This document shows, piece after piece, positions 45,696 through 56,686 of a DNA stretch of 64,000 nt. The notes beneath the pieces were generated by a model. That model had not been told where the DNA came from. It made no database searches and worked only from the letters and a program-made list of their open reading frames with translations. The translations under genes were made by a program, and so were the position numbers. This stretch comes from Armatimonadota bacterium (GTDB lineage Bacteria; Sysuimicrobiota; Sysuimicrobiia; Sysuimicrobiales; Kaftiobacteriaceae), in assembly GCA_037440005.1 (NCBI GenBank), contig JBBIUY010000004.1, forward strand, positions 23,673-87,672, given 5' to 3'. Position 1 is the stretch's first letter; every line of letters begins with the position of its first letter.

Positions 45696-46648
45696 CCGAC
45701 CGGCCCGTTCACGTGCTCGTCTTCGCGCGCCTGGAGCCGCACCACCTGGCCCAGGTCCGCGCCGTCGACCCGCGGGTGCAGGTCTTCTCCGTCACCGACC
45801 GCAGCCAGGGGGTGGAGCTGGCGTCCGCCGCGGACGTGATGGTGGGGTGGGACATTCCGCGGGAGGTGGTGCAGAGGGCGGGGAGGCTGCGGTGGATTCA
45901 CTCCACCGCCGCGGGGGTGGACCAGCTGCTGCACCCGGAGGTGTACGAGCGGGACATCGTGGTCACCTCCAGCAGCGGGATCCACCAGCCGCTGGTGGAG
46001 CACGTGTTCGCCTTCCTCCTGGCCCTGCACCGCCGGCTGCACGTGGCGGTCCGGCTGCAGCTGCAGAGGCGCTGGGACCGCCGGCGCATCGTGGGCGACG
46101 AGGTGGCGGGCAAGACGCTGGGCATCCTGGGGCTGGGCACCATCGGCCGCGACATCGCATCCCGGGCGGGGGCCTTCGGGATGCGGGTGGTGGGGACCAA
46201 GCGCACGCCGGCGCCGGTCCCCGGGGTGGAACGGGTCCTGCCCCCCGAGGGCCTGCCGGAGGTCCTCCGGGAGTCGGACGCGGTGGTGGTCACCCTGCCC
46301 CTCACCCCGCAGACCCGGGGGCTGCTGGGCGAGGCGGAGTTCCGGATGATGAAGCCGTCGGCGATCTTCATCAACGTGGGCCGCGGCCCCATCGTGCAGG
46401 AGGCGGCCCTGGTGCGCGCCCTGCGGGAGGGGTGGATCGCCGCGGCGGCGCTGGACGTCTTCGAGCACGAGCCCCTGCCGGCCGACAGCCCCCTGTACGA
46501 CCTGGAGAACGTCATCCTCACCCCCCACGTGTCGGGGACGTCCCCCCGGTACCTGGACAGGGCGGTGCCCCTGTTCTGCGAGAACCTCCGCCGCTTTCTG
46601 GCGGGACAGCCGCTGCTGAACCTGGTAGATAAGGAGCGGGGCTACTGA
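45692..46648 (+). CDS. D-isomer-specific 2-hydroxyacid dehydrogenase (glycerate/phosphoglycerate dehydrogenase-like)
   Basis: GILGLGTIGRDIA NAD-binding motif and the catalytic RG...E...H triad region. ATGA overlap with lysK. Confidence 0.85.
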   Translation: MTDRPVHVLVFARLEPHHLAQVRAVDPRVQVFSVTDRSQGVELASAADVMVGWDIPREVVQRAGRLRWIHSTAAGVDQLLHPEVYERDIVVTSSSGIHQPLVEHVFAFLLALHRRLHVAVRLQLQRRWDRRRIVGDEVAGKTLGILGLGTIGRDIASRAGAFGMRVVGTKRTPAPVPGVERVLPPEGLPEVLRESDAVVVTLPLTPQTRGLLGEAEFRMMKPSAIFINVGRGPIVQEAALVRALREGWIAAAALDVFEHEPLPADSPLYDLENVILTPHVSGTSPRYLDRAVPLFCENLRRFLAGQPLLNLVDKERGY

Positions 46649-46747
46649 AGGGCGAATGATCCTCCGGGGGTACCCCGGCGTCCGGGTCCGCGCGGTCCCG
46701 ACGGACCGGAGAGGGGCGCCCGCAGGGATGGCGAGGAGGGGTGGCGC

Positions 46748-48832
46748 GTGAAGCCGTATCCGCCGGACCGCATCCGCAACGTGGCCGTGGTCGGCCACGG
46801 GGGCACCGGCAAGACGTCGCTGGTGGAGGCCATGCTGTACGTGGCCCGGGCCATTGACCGGCTGGGCCGGGTGGACGACGGCACCGCCACCACCGACTTC
46901 GATCCCGACGAGCAGCGCCGTCGTCACACCATCAGCGCGGCCCTGGCTCCCCTGGAGTGGCAGCAGTGCAAGGTCAACCTCATCGACGCCCCCGGGTACC
47001 CGGACTTCGTGGGCGAGGTGGTGGCGTCGCTGCGGGTGGCCGACGGCGCCCTGGTGGTGGTGGACGCGGTGGCCGGCGTGCAGGTCCAGACCGAGGTGGC
47101 CTGGCTGCACGCCGACCGCGCCGGCGTCAGCCGGCTGGTGGTGGTCAACCGGCTGGACCGGGAAAACGCCAGCTTCGACCGGACCCTGGAGTCCCTGCGC
47201 CGGCGCTTCGGGTCCCGGGTGGCGCCGGTGCAGATCCCCATCGGCGTCGAGAGCGCTCTGTCCGGCGTGGTGGACCTGGTGGAGATGAAAGCCTACACCT
47301 TTGCCAACGGGTCCGTGACCGCCGGGGAGGTCCCCGCCGAGCTGGCCGACGCCGCCCGGGCGGCCCGGGAGACGCTGATGGAGGCCGCCGCCGACGCCGA
47401 CGACACCCTGATGGAACGCTACCTGGAGGCCGGCGAGCTGACCCAGGCCGAGCTAGTGCGGGGCCTGCACGCGGGCGTCCGGGCCGGGCGGATCATCCCG
47501 GTCCTGTGCGCGGCCGGGACGAAACTGGTGGGCGTGCAGACGCTGCTGGACGCGGTGGTGTCGCTGCTGCCGGCCCCCACCGAGCGGGAGGTGGTCGCCA
47601 CCGACCCGCGGACCCAGCAGCCGGTGCGCCTGGCCGTCGCCGCCGACGCCCCGCTGGCGGCCCTGGTCTTCAAGACGGTGGCGGACCCCTACGTGGGCCG
47701 GCTCTCCTACTTCCGGGTGTACGCGGGGGTGCTGCGGTCCGACTCCCAGGTCTACAACGCCACCCGCGGCAGACCCGAGCGGGTGGGCCAGGTGTACTTT
47801 TTGCGGGGCAAGCAGCAGGAGTCCGCTGGCGAGGTGGGGCCGGGCGACCTGGGGGCGGTGGCCAAGCTGGCCGAGACGGCCACCGGCGACACCCTGTGCG
47901 GGCGCGACCACCCGGTGCTGCTGCCGCCCATCGAGTTCCCCGAGCCGGCCATCGCCATGGCGGTGGAACCCAAGAGCAAGGGCGACGAGGACAAGCTGGG
48001 CACCGCGCTGCAGCGGCTGGCCGAGGAGGACCCCACGGTGCGGGTGCACCGGGACAGCGAGATGAAGCAGACGCTGCTCTCGGGCATGGGCGAGTCGCAC
48101 CTGGAGATCCTCGCCGACCGCCTGCGCCGCAAGTTCGGGGTGGACGTGACCCTGCGACTGCCCCGGGTGCCCTACCGGGAGACGATCCGCGGCCGCGGCC
48201 GGGCCCAGGGGCGGTACGTGAAGCAGACCGGAGGCCGGGGCCAGTACGGGGTGTGCTTCGTGGAGATCGAGCCGCTGCCCCGCGGGAGCGGGTTTGAGTT
48301 CGTGGACAAGATCTTCGGCGGCGCCATCCCCAACCAGTTCATCCCTTCGGTGGAGAAGGGCGTGCGCAAGGCCCTGGAGGAAGGCGTCCTGGCCGGCTAT
48401 CCCGTGGTGGACGTGCGGGTGACCCTGGTGGACGGCAAGTACCACGAAGTGGACAGTTCCGACATCGCCTTCCAGATTGCCGGATCGCTGGCGGTCAAAG
48501 ACGCCGCCACCCAGGCGGGCCTGGTCCTGCTGGAGCCCATCGTGACCCTGGAGGTGCGGGTGCCCGAAGAGCAGATGGGGGACGTGATCGGCGACCTCAA
48601 CGCCAAGCGGGGGCGCATTCTGGGCATGGAGCCCCAGGGCGACGGCACCACCGTGGTGCGGGCCCAGGTGCCCCAGGCCGAAGTCCTGCGCTACGCCTCG
48701 GACCTGCGCTCCATGACCGGCGGGCGCGGGACGTTCACCATGACCTTCTCCCACTACGAGGAGGTGCCGCCGCAGGTGGCCGAGCGGGTGATCGCCGAGG
48801 CCAGACAGCAGCGGGCGGAGACGGCGCGCTAG
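46748..48832 (+). CDS. Elongation factor G paralogue (EF-G2-like translational GTPase)
   Basis: G1 VGHGGTGKTS, G3 DAPGYPDF and G4 NRLD motifs, then EF-G domains II-V; 694 aa; GTG start. Confidence 0.9.
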   Translation: MKPYPPDRIRNVAVVGHGGTGKTSLVEAMLYVARAIDRLGRVDDGTATTDFDPDEQRRRHTISAALAPLEWQQCKVNLIDAPGYPDFVGEVVASLRVADGALVVVDAVAGVQVQTEVAWLHADRAGVSRLVVVNRLDRENASFDRTLESLRRRFGSRVAPVQIPIGVESALSGVVDLVEMKAYTFANGSVTAGEVPAELADAARAARETLMEAAADADDTLMERYLEAGELTQAELVRGLHAGVRAGRIIPVLCAAGTKLVGVQTLLDAVVSLLPAPTEREVVATDPRTQQPVRLAVAADAPLAALVFKTVADPYVGRLSYFRVYAGVLRSDSQVYNATRGRPERVGQVYFLRGKQQESAGEVGPGDLGAVAKLAETATGDTLCGRDHPVLLPPIEFPEPAIAMAVEPKSKGDEDKLGTALQRLAEEDPTVRVHRDSEMKQTLLSGMGESHLEILADRLRRKFGVDVTLRLPRVPYRETIRGRGRAQGRYVKQTGGRGQYGVCFVEIEPLPRGSGFEFVDKIFGGAIPNQFIPSVEKGVRKALEEGVLAGYPVVDVRVTLVDGKYHEVDSSDIAFQIAGSLAVKDAATQAGLVLLEPIVTLEVRVPEEQMGDVIGDLNAKRGRILGMEPQGDGTTVVRAQVPQAEVLRYASDLRSMTGGRGTFTMTFSHYEEVPPQVAERVIAEARQQRAETAR

Positions 48833-48967
48833 ACGACGGGGGCGGGCGGACCGCCGGGGCGGTGTCCGTCACCGATGCCCGGCGGGAACGGGTCAGGACG
48901 CGCCGACGTTCGGCAGGAAGGGGCCCAGGCGGCGCGGAATCGTCTGCACAGGCGTGCACCGGGTGGA

Positions 48968-49007
48968 GGGCCTTGTCTCCTCTGAGAGAGGCCCTTTTGC
49001 ATTGTTG
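48968..49007 (+). terminator. Terminator-like GC hairpin followed by a T-rich stretch, 18 nt upstream of dnaG
   Basis: GGGCCTTGTCTCCTCTGAGAGAGGCCC followed by TTTTGCATTGTTG. The stem is imperfect. Confidence 0.4.
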
Positions 49008-49024
49008 CGCCGGTGCGGGGGCTC

Positions 49025-50830
49025 ATGCGAGGATTCCTGTCTGCCGATATACGGGACGAGATCCGCCGGCGGGTGGACCTGGTGGAACTGGCCAGCGCCC
49101 ACGTGGCGTTGAAGAAGGCGGGGCGCCACTACAAGGGGCTGTGTCCGTTTCACCAGGAGAAGACCCCGTCCTTCCACGTGGACCGGGAGCGGGGCCTATG
49201 GCACTGCTTCGGGTGCTCCCGGGGAGGAGATGTCTTCGACTTCGTGATGGAGATCGGCCACCTCTCGTTCGCCGAGGCGGTGGACACCCTGGCCCGCCGC
49301 GCCGGGATCCGCCTGGAGCGCACGCCCGAGGAGCGCCGCCAGGCCACCGAGCGCGACCGGCTGTTCCGGGCCCTGGAGGCGGCCGCGGCGTTTTTCACCG
49401 AGCAGCTGCGCCATCCGGTGCGCGGCCGGGCGGCCCGGGAGTACCTGGGGCGCCGGGGGGTGGACGACGCCACCGCCGACCGGTTCCGGCTGGGCTACGC
49501 GCCGCCCGAGTGGGACGGGCTGCTGCGGGCGTTGGGCGGCCGCGGCTTCGACGCGGCCCTGCTGGCCGCGGGCGGCCTGGTGGTGCCCCGGGAGCGGGGA
49601 GAGGGCTACTTCGACATGTTCCGCCACCGGCTCATCTTCCCGATCCTGGACCTGCAGGACCGGCCGGTGGCCTTCGGGGGGAGGGCGCTGGACGACGCCC
49701 AGCCCAAGTACCTGAACTCCCGGGAGACCGCCGTGTTCAGCAAGGGGCGGACGCTGTACGCGCTGAACTGGGCGCGGGAGGAGATCCGCCGCCGGGACGA
49801 GGTTCTGGTGGTGGAGGGCAACATGGACGCCCTGACCTGCCACCAGTTCGGCTTCCGGCACACCGTGGCCACCCTGGGCACGGCCCTCACCGCCGACCAG
49901 GTGGCGCTGATCCGCCGCTTCGCCGCCCGCGCGGTGCTGGTCTACGACGCCGACGCGGCCGGCCAGGCGGCCATGGAGCGCGCCCACAGCCTGTGTGAGG
50001 AGGCCGACCTGCCGGTGCGGGTGGTGGTCCTGCCGTCCGGCGATCCCGACGAGTTCCTGCGCACGGCCGGACCGGAGAAGTTCGCCGCCCTGCTGGAGCA
50101 GGCGGTGCCCCTGTTCGACTACCAGGTGGCGCAGGCGGCGTCCCGCCACGACCCGCGGACCGTCGAGGGGCGGGTGCGGCTGGTGGACGACCTGCTGCCC
50201 TCCCTGGCCGCCGTGACCAACCCGGTCCGCCAGGCGGAGTACATCCGCAGCCTGGCCCAGCGGTTCGAGCTGGCCGAGGACGCCATCCGCCAGCGGCTGC
50301 GGGCCCGCCGCCGGAGCGCGGCGCCGGCGGAGGTCCTGGAAGGACCTCCGCCCGAGCGGGCGCGCTTCCAGGCCGAACGGCTGCTGGTGCACCTGATGGT
50401 GCACGACCCGCAGGTGCGGGAGCAGGTGGCCGCCGCGCTGGGACCCGCCGACTTCCAGGACCCCCGCCACCGGGCCCTGGCGGCGGTCCTACTGGCCGCC
50501 GGCGAGGCCGCTCCCGAGGCGCTGGTGGACCGGGTGGACGAGGGGGACGCCCAGCGGCTGCTGGTGCAGCTGGTGTTCGAGCACCCGCCGGTGGTGGAGC
50601 GGGAGGCTCCCCGGGTGGTCCGGGACGCCATCGACTACATCGTCCGCCGGGAGCCGGCCGCCCGGGCGCGCCAGGAACTGGCCCGCAGGATCCAGCAGGC
50701 CCAGGCCGCCGGCGACGTGGAGCAGGTCAGGCGACTGCAGCTGGAGTATGTTAAACTAGTTAGTCCGTCTCCGGCCGGTCCTCCCGCCGGGGACGAGACG
50801 GCGGGGAGGCCTCTCCCGGAAAGGGGGTGA
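49025..50830 (+). CDS. dnaG: DNA primase
   Basis: Zinc-finger [11 protein letters not shown]...CFGC and a TOPRIM domain ([10 protein letters not shown]...VYDADAAG); 601 aa. Confidence 0.9.
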   Translation: MRGFLSADIRDEIRRRVDLVELASAHVALKKAGRHYKGLCPFHQEKTPSFHVDRERGLWHCFGCSRGGDVFDFVMEIGHLSFAEAVDTLARRAGIRLERTPEERRQATERDRLFRALEAAAAFFTEQLRHPVRGRAAREYLGRRGVDDATADRFRLGYAPPEWDGLLRALGGRGFDAALLAAGGLVVPRERGEGYFDMFRHRLIFPILDLQDRPVAFGGRALDDAQPKYLNSRETAVFSKGRTLYALNWAREEIRRRDEVLVVEGNMDALTCHQFGFRHTVATLGTALTADQVALIRRFAARAVLVYDADAAGQAAMERAHSLCEEADLPVRVVVLPSGDPDEFLRTAGPEKFAALLEQAVPLFDYQVAQAASRHDPRTVEGRVRLVDDLLPSLAAVTNPVRQAEYIRSLAQRFELAEDAIRQRLRARRRSAAPAEVLEGPPPERARFQAERLLVHLMVHDPQVREQVAAALGPADFQDPRHRALAAVLLAAGEAAPEALVDRVDEGDAQRLLVQLVFEHPPVVEREAPRVVRDAIDYIVRREPAARARQELARRIQQAQAAGDVEQVRRLQLEYVKLVSPSPAGPPAGDETAGRPLPERG

Positions 50831-50835
50831 GGGAC

Positions 50836-53304
<2,469 letters not shown>

Positions 53305-53319
53305 GGCCTTCTGCCTCTC

Positions 53320-53700
53320 TGGCCATTTGAGGGCAGTGTCCTGCACCAGATCGGACAGGCGCATCCGGGAAAAGCGAGGACACTTCCCCCTCGCCGCGGA
53401 GGAAGAGGGCTGAGGGTGGTCATCTTCCCCCGCAGAGAAGGGGCCGCCGGTCTTCATCGTCCCGCTCTCGGAGAGGGGAGGGCGAGGAGGGGTCAGCCTT
53501 GCCGCTCGAGGGGAGAGGGCGAAGAGGGTCGTCTTCCCCCGCCTGAGGTGAGGGTGGAAGGTCGTCGTCTTCTCCCTCCTGGAGACAGGACTGGGCATAA
53601 TGACCTTCCCTCTCCCCCCGTGTGGGGAGAGGGTGCGGGTGAGGGGGTGCAGGTCAGCCCAGCCGGGTCAGTGCCGCATGCGCGCGGCGGTGCTACCGTC
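53320..53700 (+). repeat. G-tract/C-tract-rich repetitive intergenic region with a perfect 10-bp hairpin
   Basis: Repeated units GAGGG(T)GGTC(G)TCTTCCCCCGC. G-quadruplex-type runs GGAGAGGGGAGGGCGAGGAGGGG and GGGGAGAGGGTGCGGGTGAGGGGG. Perfect hairpin CCCTCTCCCC-CCGTGT-GGGGAGAGGG at 53608-53633. Confidence 0.6.
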
Positions 53701-53705
53701 GGGCC

Positions 53706-54413
53706 GTGGTCCTGCTCCGCGGCCTGCTGGACCTCCTGTTCCCGCCGGCGTGCGCCGTGTGCCGGGAGGCGGGCCACTACCCTCTGTGCCCCCGCTGTCG
53801 TAGTGCGTTCCGGCTGATCCGCCCGCCCGTTTGCCAGCGCTGCGGCCGCCCCCTGCGGGGGCCGCCCGACCTGATCTTCACGTGCGTCCCCTGCCGCCGC
53901 CGGCGGACGTCCTTCGTCTGTGCCCGGGCGGCGGGGATCTACGACGGCGCCCTGCGGGAGGCGGTCCACGCCCTGAAATTCGGGGGCTGCCGGGCGATGG
54001 CGCGTCCGCTGGGGGAGATGGTGGCGGAGGTGGTGGCCTCCGACGCGCGGATGCGGGCCGACGTGGTAGTCCCCGTGCCCCTGCACCGCCGGCGCCTGCG
54101 GGAGAGAGGGTTCAACCAGGCGGAGCTGCTGGCCGACGAGGTCGCGCGCCGGCTGGGCCTTCCCAGCCGGCCGGGGGCATTGGAGCGCGTCCGCGAGACC
54201 CCCGCCCAGGTGGGCCTGGGCAAAGAGGACCGGCGGGTGAACGTGCGGGGGGCGTTCGTCGCCCGTGACGGGGTGGCGGGTGCCCGGGTCCTGCTGGTGG
54301 ACGACGTGCTGTCCACGGGGTCCACTGCGGTGGAGTGCGCGCGGGCCCTGCGGACGGCCGGAGCGGCGGCCGTCACGGTCGCCGCGGTGGCGATGGCGGT
54401 GCTGGATTTCTGA
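53706..54413 (+). CDS. comFC: ComF-family phosphoribosyltransferase (ComFC-like)
   Basis: N-terminal zinc-finger CAVC...CPRC...CQRC...CVPC and a C-terminal PRTase motif VLLVDDVLSTGST; GTG start. Confidence 0.8.
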   Translation: MVLLRGLLDLLFPPACAVCREAGHYPLCPRCRSAFRLIRPPVCQRCGRPLRGPPDLIFTCVPCRRRRTSFVCARAAGIYDGALREAVHALKFGGCRAMARPLGEMVAEVVASDARMRADVVVPVPLHRRRLRERGFNQAELLADEVARRLGLPSRPGALERVRETPAQVGLGKEDRRVNVRGAFVARDGVAGARVLLVDDVLSTGSTAVECARALRTAGAAAVTVAAVAMAVLDF

Positions 54414-54615
54414 CGCCGGTCTTAGAGTCTGTTCGGTCGCCCGTTCGTGCGACTGGCAGGCCGGGAGCCGGTGCGGTGGAATCCGTGACGGACCGCCCCC
54501 GTGCGCGCGGTGCGTACCAGCGGTGCCAGGCACCAGGGGAGAGGGCCTGGGTCGGCGTGTCCTGCGGCGGGGCCGGCTGATTTCTCAACCGGCCCCGCCG
54601 CGAAGTCGGCGCTGA

Positions 54616-56436
54616 TCAGCGCAGGGTGAACCCGGCTCCGTAGATGTTCTGGTTCAGGCCTCCGGCGTTGGGACAGGTGTCGGGTCCCCAGGTGCCGTCG
54701 GGCCGCTGCTGGCGGCACTGCCGGACGTCGAAGCCGTCCTGCAGGCTCTCCCGCGGGTCGTCGCCGGGGACCACGTCGCGGTTGTCCGTCCACACGCCGA
54801 AGACCACCCCGCCCGAAGCGTCCACCCACAGGTAGTCGCCGTGGAAGGGCACGTCACGGTTCCCGAACATCTCGTACTCGGGCTGGTGGCCCACAGAACT
54901 CACCTTGCGGACCGTCCAGCTCAGGCCGGCCGTAAAAGGCGGTGAGGTCGCCAGGAAGGTGTTGAGGACGTTGCAGCGGCTCGGCGCCGGGACGCCGCAC
55001 GTGCTGGTCCCGTCATCCCTGTTGCCCGGAGGCCGCGTGGGGTCGTAGAAAGCATCGTCCCGCGAGTCGTAGTAGATCAGCGCCAGGGTGTCGGTGCTCC
55101 TGTCATAGGCTAGGTTCGGCCACCACTGGTGGCCGGAGGGCTGGGGGTCCGCGGGGCCCAGGACGGTCCAGGACTGTCCGCCGTTGGCGGACACAGCCAG
55201 AACCACCTGGCTCTGGCCGTCGGGCCGGTAGGTGTCGGAGTCCACGTCCTCGCTCGCCACCTGCTCCCAGGTGACGTAGACGGTCCCGTGCCTGTCCACG
55301 ACCGCCTGGGGCAGCGCCGCCGCCCGGTGGAACACGAAGTTCGACCGACAGTGGAACGGGCCGTCCCCGCAGTCCCGGGCGAAGCTGCCGTCGTCGTAGG
55401 CGTCCCGGCGGTCATAGGGCACGGGCACCACCGCCACCACGGCGGGGTCAGTGAACGTCTGGCCGCCGTCGGTGGACTTGACGAACATGATGGCGTCCAC
55501 CACGCCCGGCTTGAGGAACGAGAACTGCCGCCACACCACGTACACCGTCCCGTCGGGGGCCACGGCGATGTCGCTGCCCTGGGCGTTGGCGATGTCCTTG
55601 GAGATCTTGATGGGTTTGCTGAAGGTGGCCCCGTGGTCGGTGGAACGGGAGAACAGGATCTGGTCCTGGCCGGCGCCCGGGAACAGGGTCCAGGCCACGT
55701 ACACGTTGCCGCGGAACGGGCTTCCCTCCCAGGTGTCGACCTTCAGGGACGGCTTGTCGTTGAACCGGCCGAAGAAGAAGGCGCTGGGCGTGCCGACCCC
55801 CACGATGACCGTGCGCAGGTAGTCCAGTCCCAGCGGAGACCGCGGGTCGTGCCGCCAGGTGGAGACGATCACGTGGCCGTTGGTGGGGGTGATGAACCCG
55901 CTCTCGTTGGGGCTGGTGCGGTTGAAGGCGATGCCTCCGTAGAACAGGTGGCCCTCGGTGTCCCAGTCCATGATGGGGTCGCCGGCGGCGAAGTCCTCCC
56001 CGAAGATCGGCGAGGCGCGTCCTTCGGCGCTGGTGTCCGCGGGGTAGCCCGGATTGAGGGAGTTGACCCACGTCTTGCCCCCGTCCTGGGAGATGTACAG
56101 GCCCATCCAGGCGTCGCCCCAGGTGGCCACGCCGCAGTAGTCGTTGGCCCCGGCGGCGATCACCTTCGGATTGAGCGGGTTGATGGCCACCGCGGGCTCG
56201 TTCTGCTGCCGGTTGCCCCCGCCGGTGGGGGAGCGGTCGTCGCTGCAGCGGCGGATGCCCTCATCGCTGCCGCCGTCGTGGCGGACGTACGGCCGGTCGG
56301 AGACTTTGACGTCTCCAGCCCGCTGGGCGAATCCGGGTGGCGGCGACAGCGCAGCCGCGAGGCCGACGATGATGGCCGCCGCGGCTGCCGGCCTGATGGC
56401 CCGACAGATCCTGCGTACCTGCCGTATAGGGTCCAC
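54616..56436 (-). CDS. Secreted BNR/Asp-box repeat protein (sialidase-like beta-propeller)
   Basis: Asp-box repeats SQDGGKTW, SRSTDHGATF, KSTDGGQTF and VSANGGQSW. The start is assigned to GTG 56436 (MDPIRQVRRICRAIRPAAAAAIIVGLAAALS signal peptide), which has a GGGAGGTG RBS. The ORF stays open upstream of it. Confidence 0.7.
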   Translation of the reverse strand: MDPIRQVRRICRAIRPAAAAAIIVGLAAALSPPPGFAQRAGDVKVSDRPYVRHDGGSDEGIRRCSDDRSPTGGGNRQQNEPAVAINPLNPKVIAAGANDYCGVATWGDAWMGLYISQDGGKTWVNSLNPGYPADTSAEGRASPIFGEDFAAGDPIMDWDTEGHLFYGGIAFNRTSPNESGFITPTNGHVIVSTWRHDPRSPLGLDYLRTVIVGVGTPSAFFFGRFNDKPSLKVDTWEGSPFRGNVYVAWTLFPGAGQDQILFSRSTDHGATFSKPIKISKDIANAQGSDIAVAPDGTVYVVWRQFSFLKPGVVDAIMFVKSTDGGQTFTDPAVVAVVPVPYDRRDAYDDGSFARDCGDGPFHCRSNFVFHRAAALPQAVVDRHGTVYVTWEQVASEDVDSDTYRPDGQSQVVLAVSANGGQSWTVLGPADPQPSGHQWWPNLAYDRSTDTLALIYYDSRDDAFYDPTRPPGNRDDGTSTCGVPAPSRCNVLNTFLATSPPFTAGLSWTVRKVSSVGHQPEYEMFGNRDVPFHGDYLWVDASGGVVFGVWTDNRDVVPGDDPRESLQDGFDVRQCRQQRPDGTWGPDTCPNAGGLNQNIYGAGFTLR

Positions 56437-56637
56437 AATATCACCTCCCTGCGGACGTGGGTGCGGCGGGTGGGAAGACGAAAGGGCGAAATTGCGCGAC
56501 GGAAACCTTTCGAGGACACATTCTGCCAGGGGTACCTGCTTCCTCCTGGGGGTAGTCGGGGACGGCACGGCTGGTCCCCGGTCTTCGTCCCGGAGGAGCG
56601 AGTCGCCGGCTGCGGACCCATACCTGCGCATAAGTGA

Positions 56638-56663
56638 GGAGGCCCCGGCACGCCGGGGCCTCC
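56638..56663 (-). terminator. Perfect GC hairpin 23 nt downstream of the S8 peptidase stop (minus strand)
   Basis: GGAGGCCCCGG-CACG-CCGGGGCCTCC, an 11-bp stem. The following U-tract is weak. Confidence 0.45.
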
Positions 56664-56686
56664 GGGAGCGAACAGAGACTGACCGT

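Noticed and set aside
53416-53817. 133-aa ORF inside the ahcY-comFC spacer
   Set aside because: Its translation is dominated by G/R/E/P repeats derived from the G-tract/C-tract repeat DNA. It has no RBS and overlaps the comFC start.
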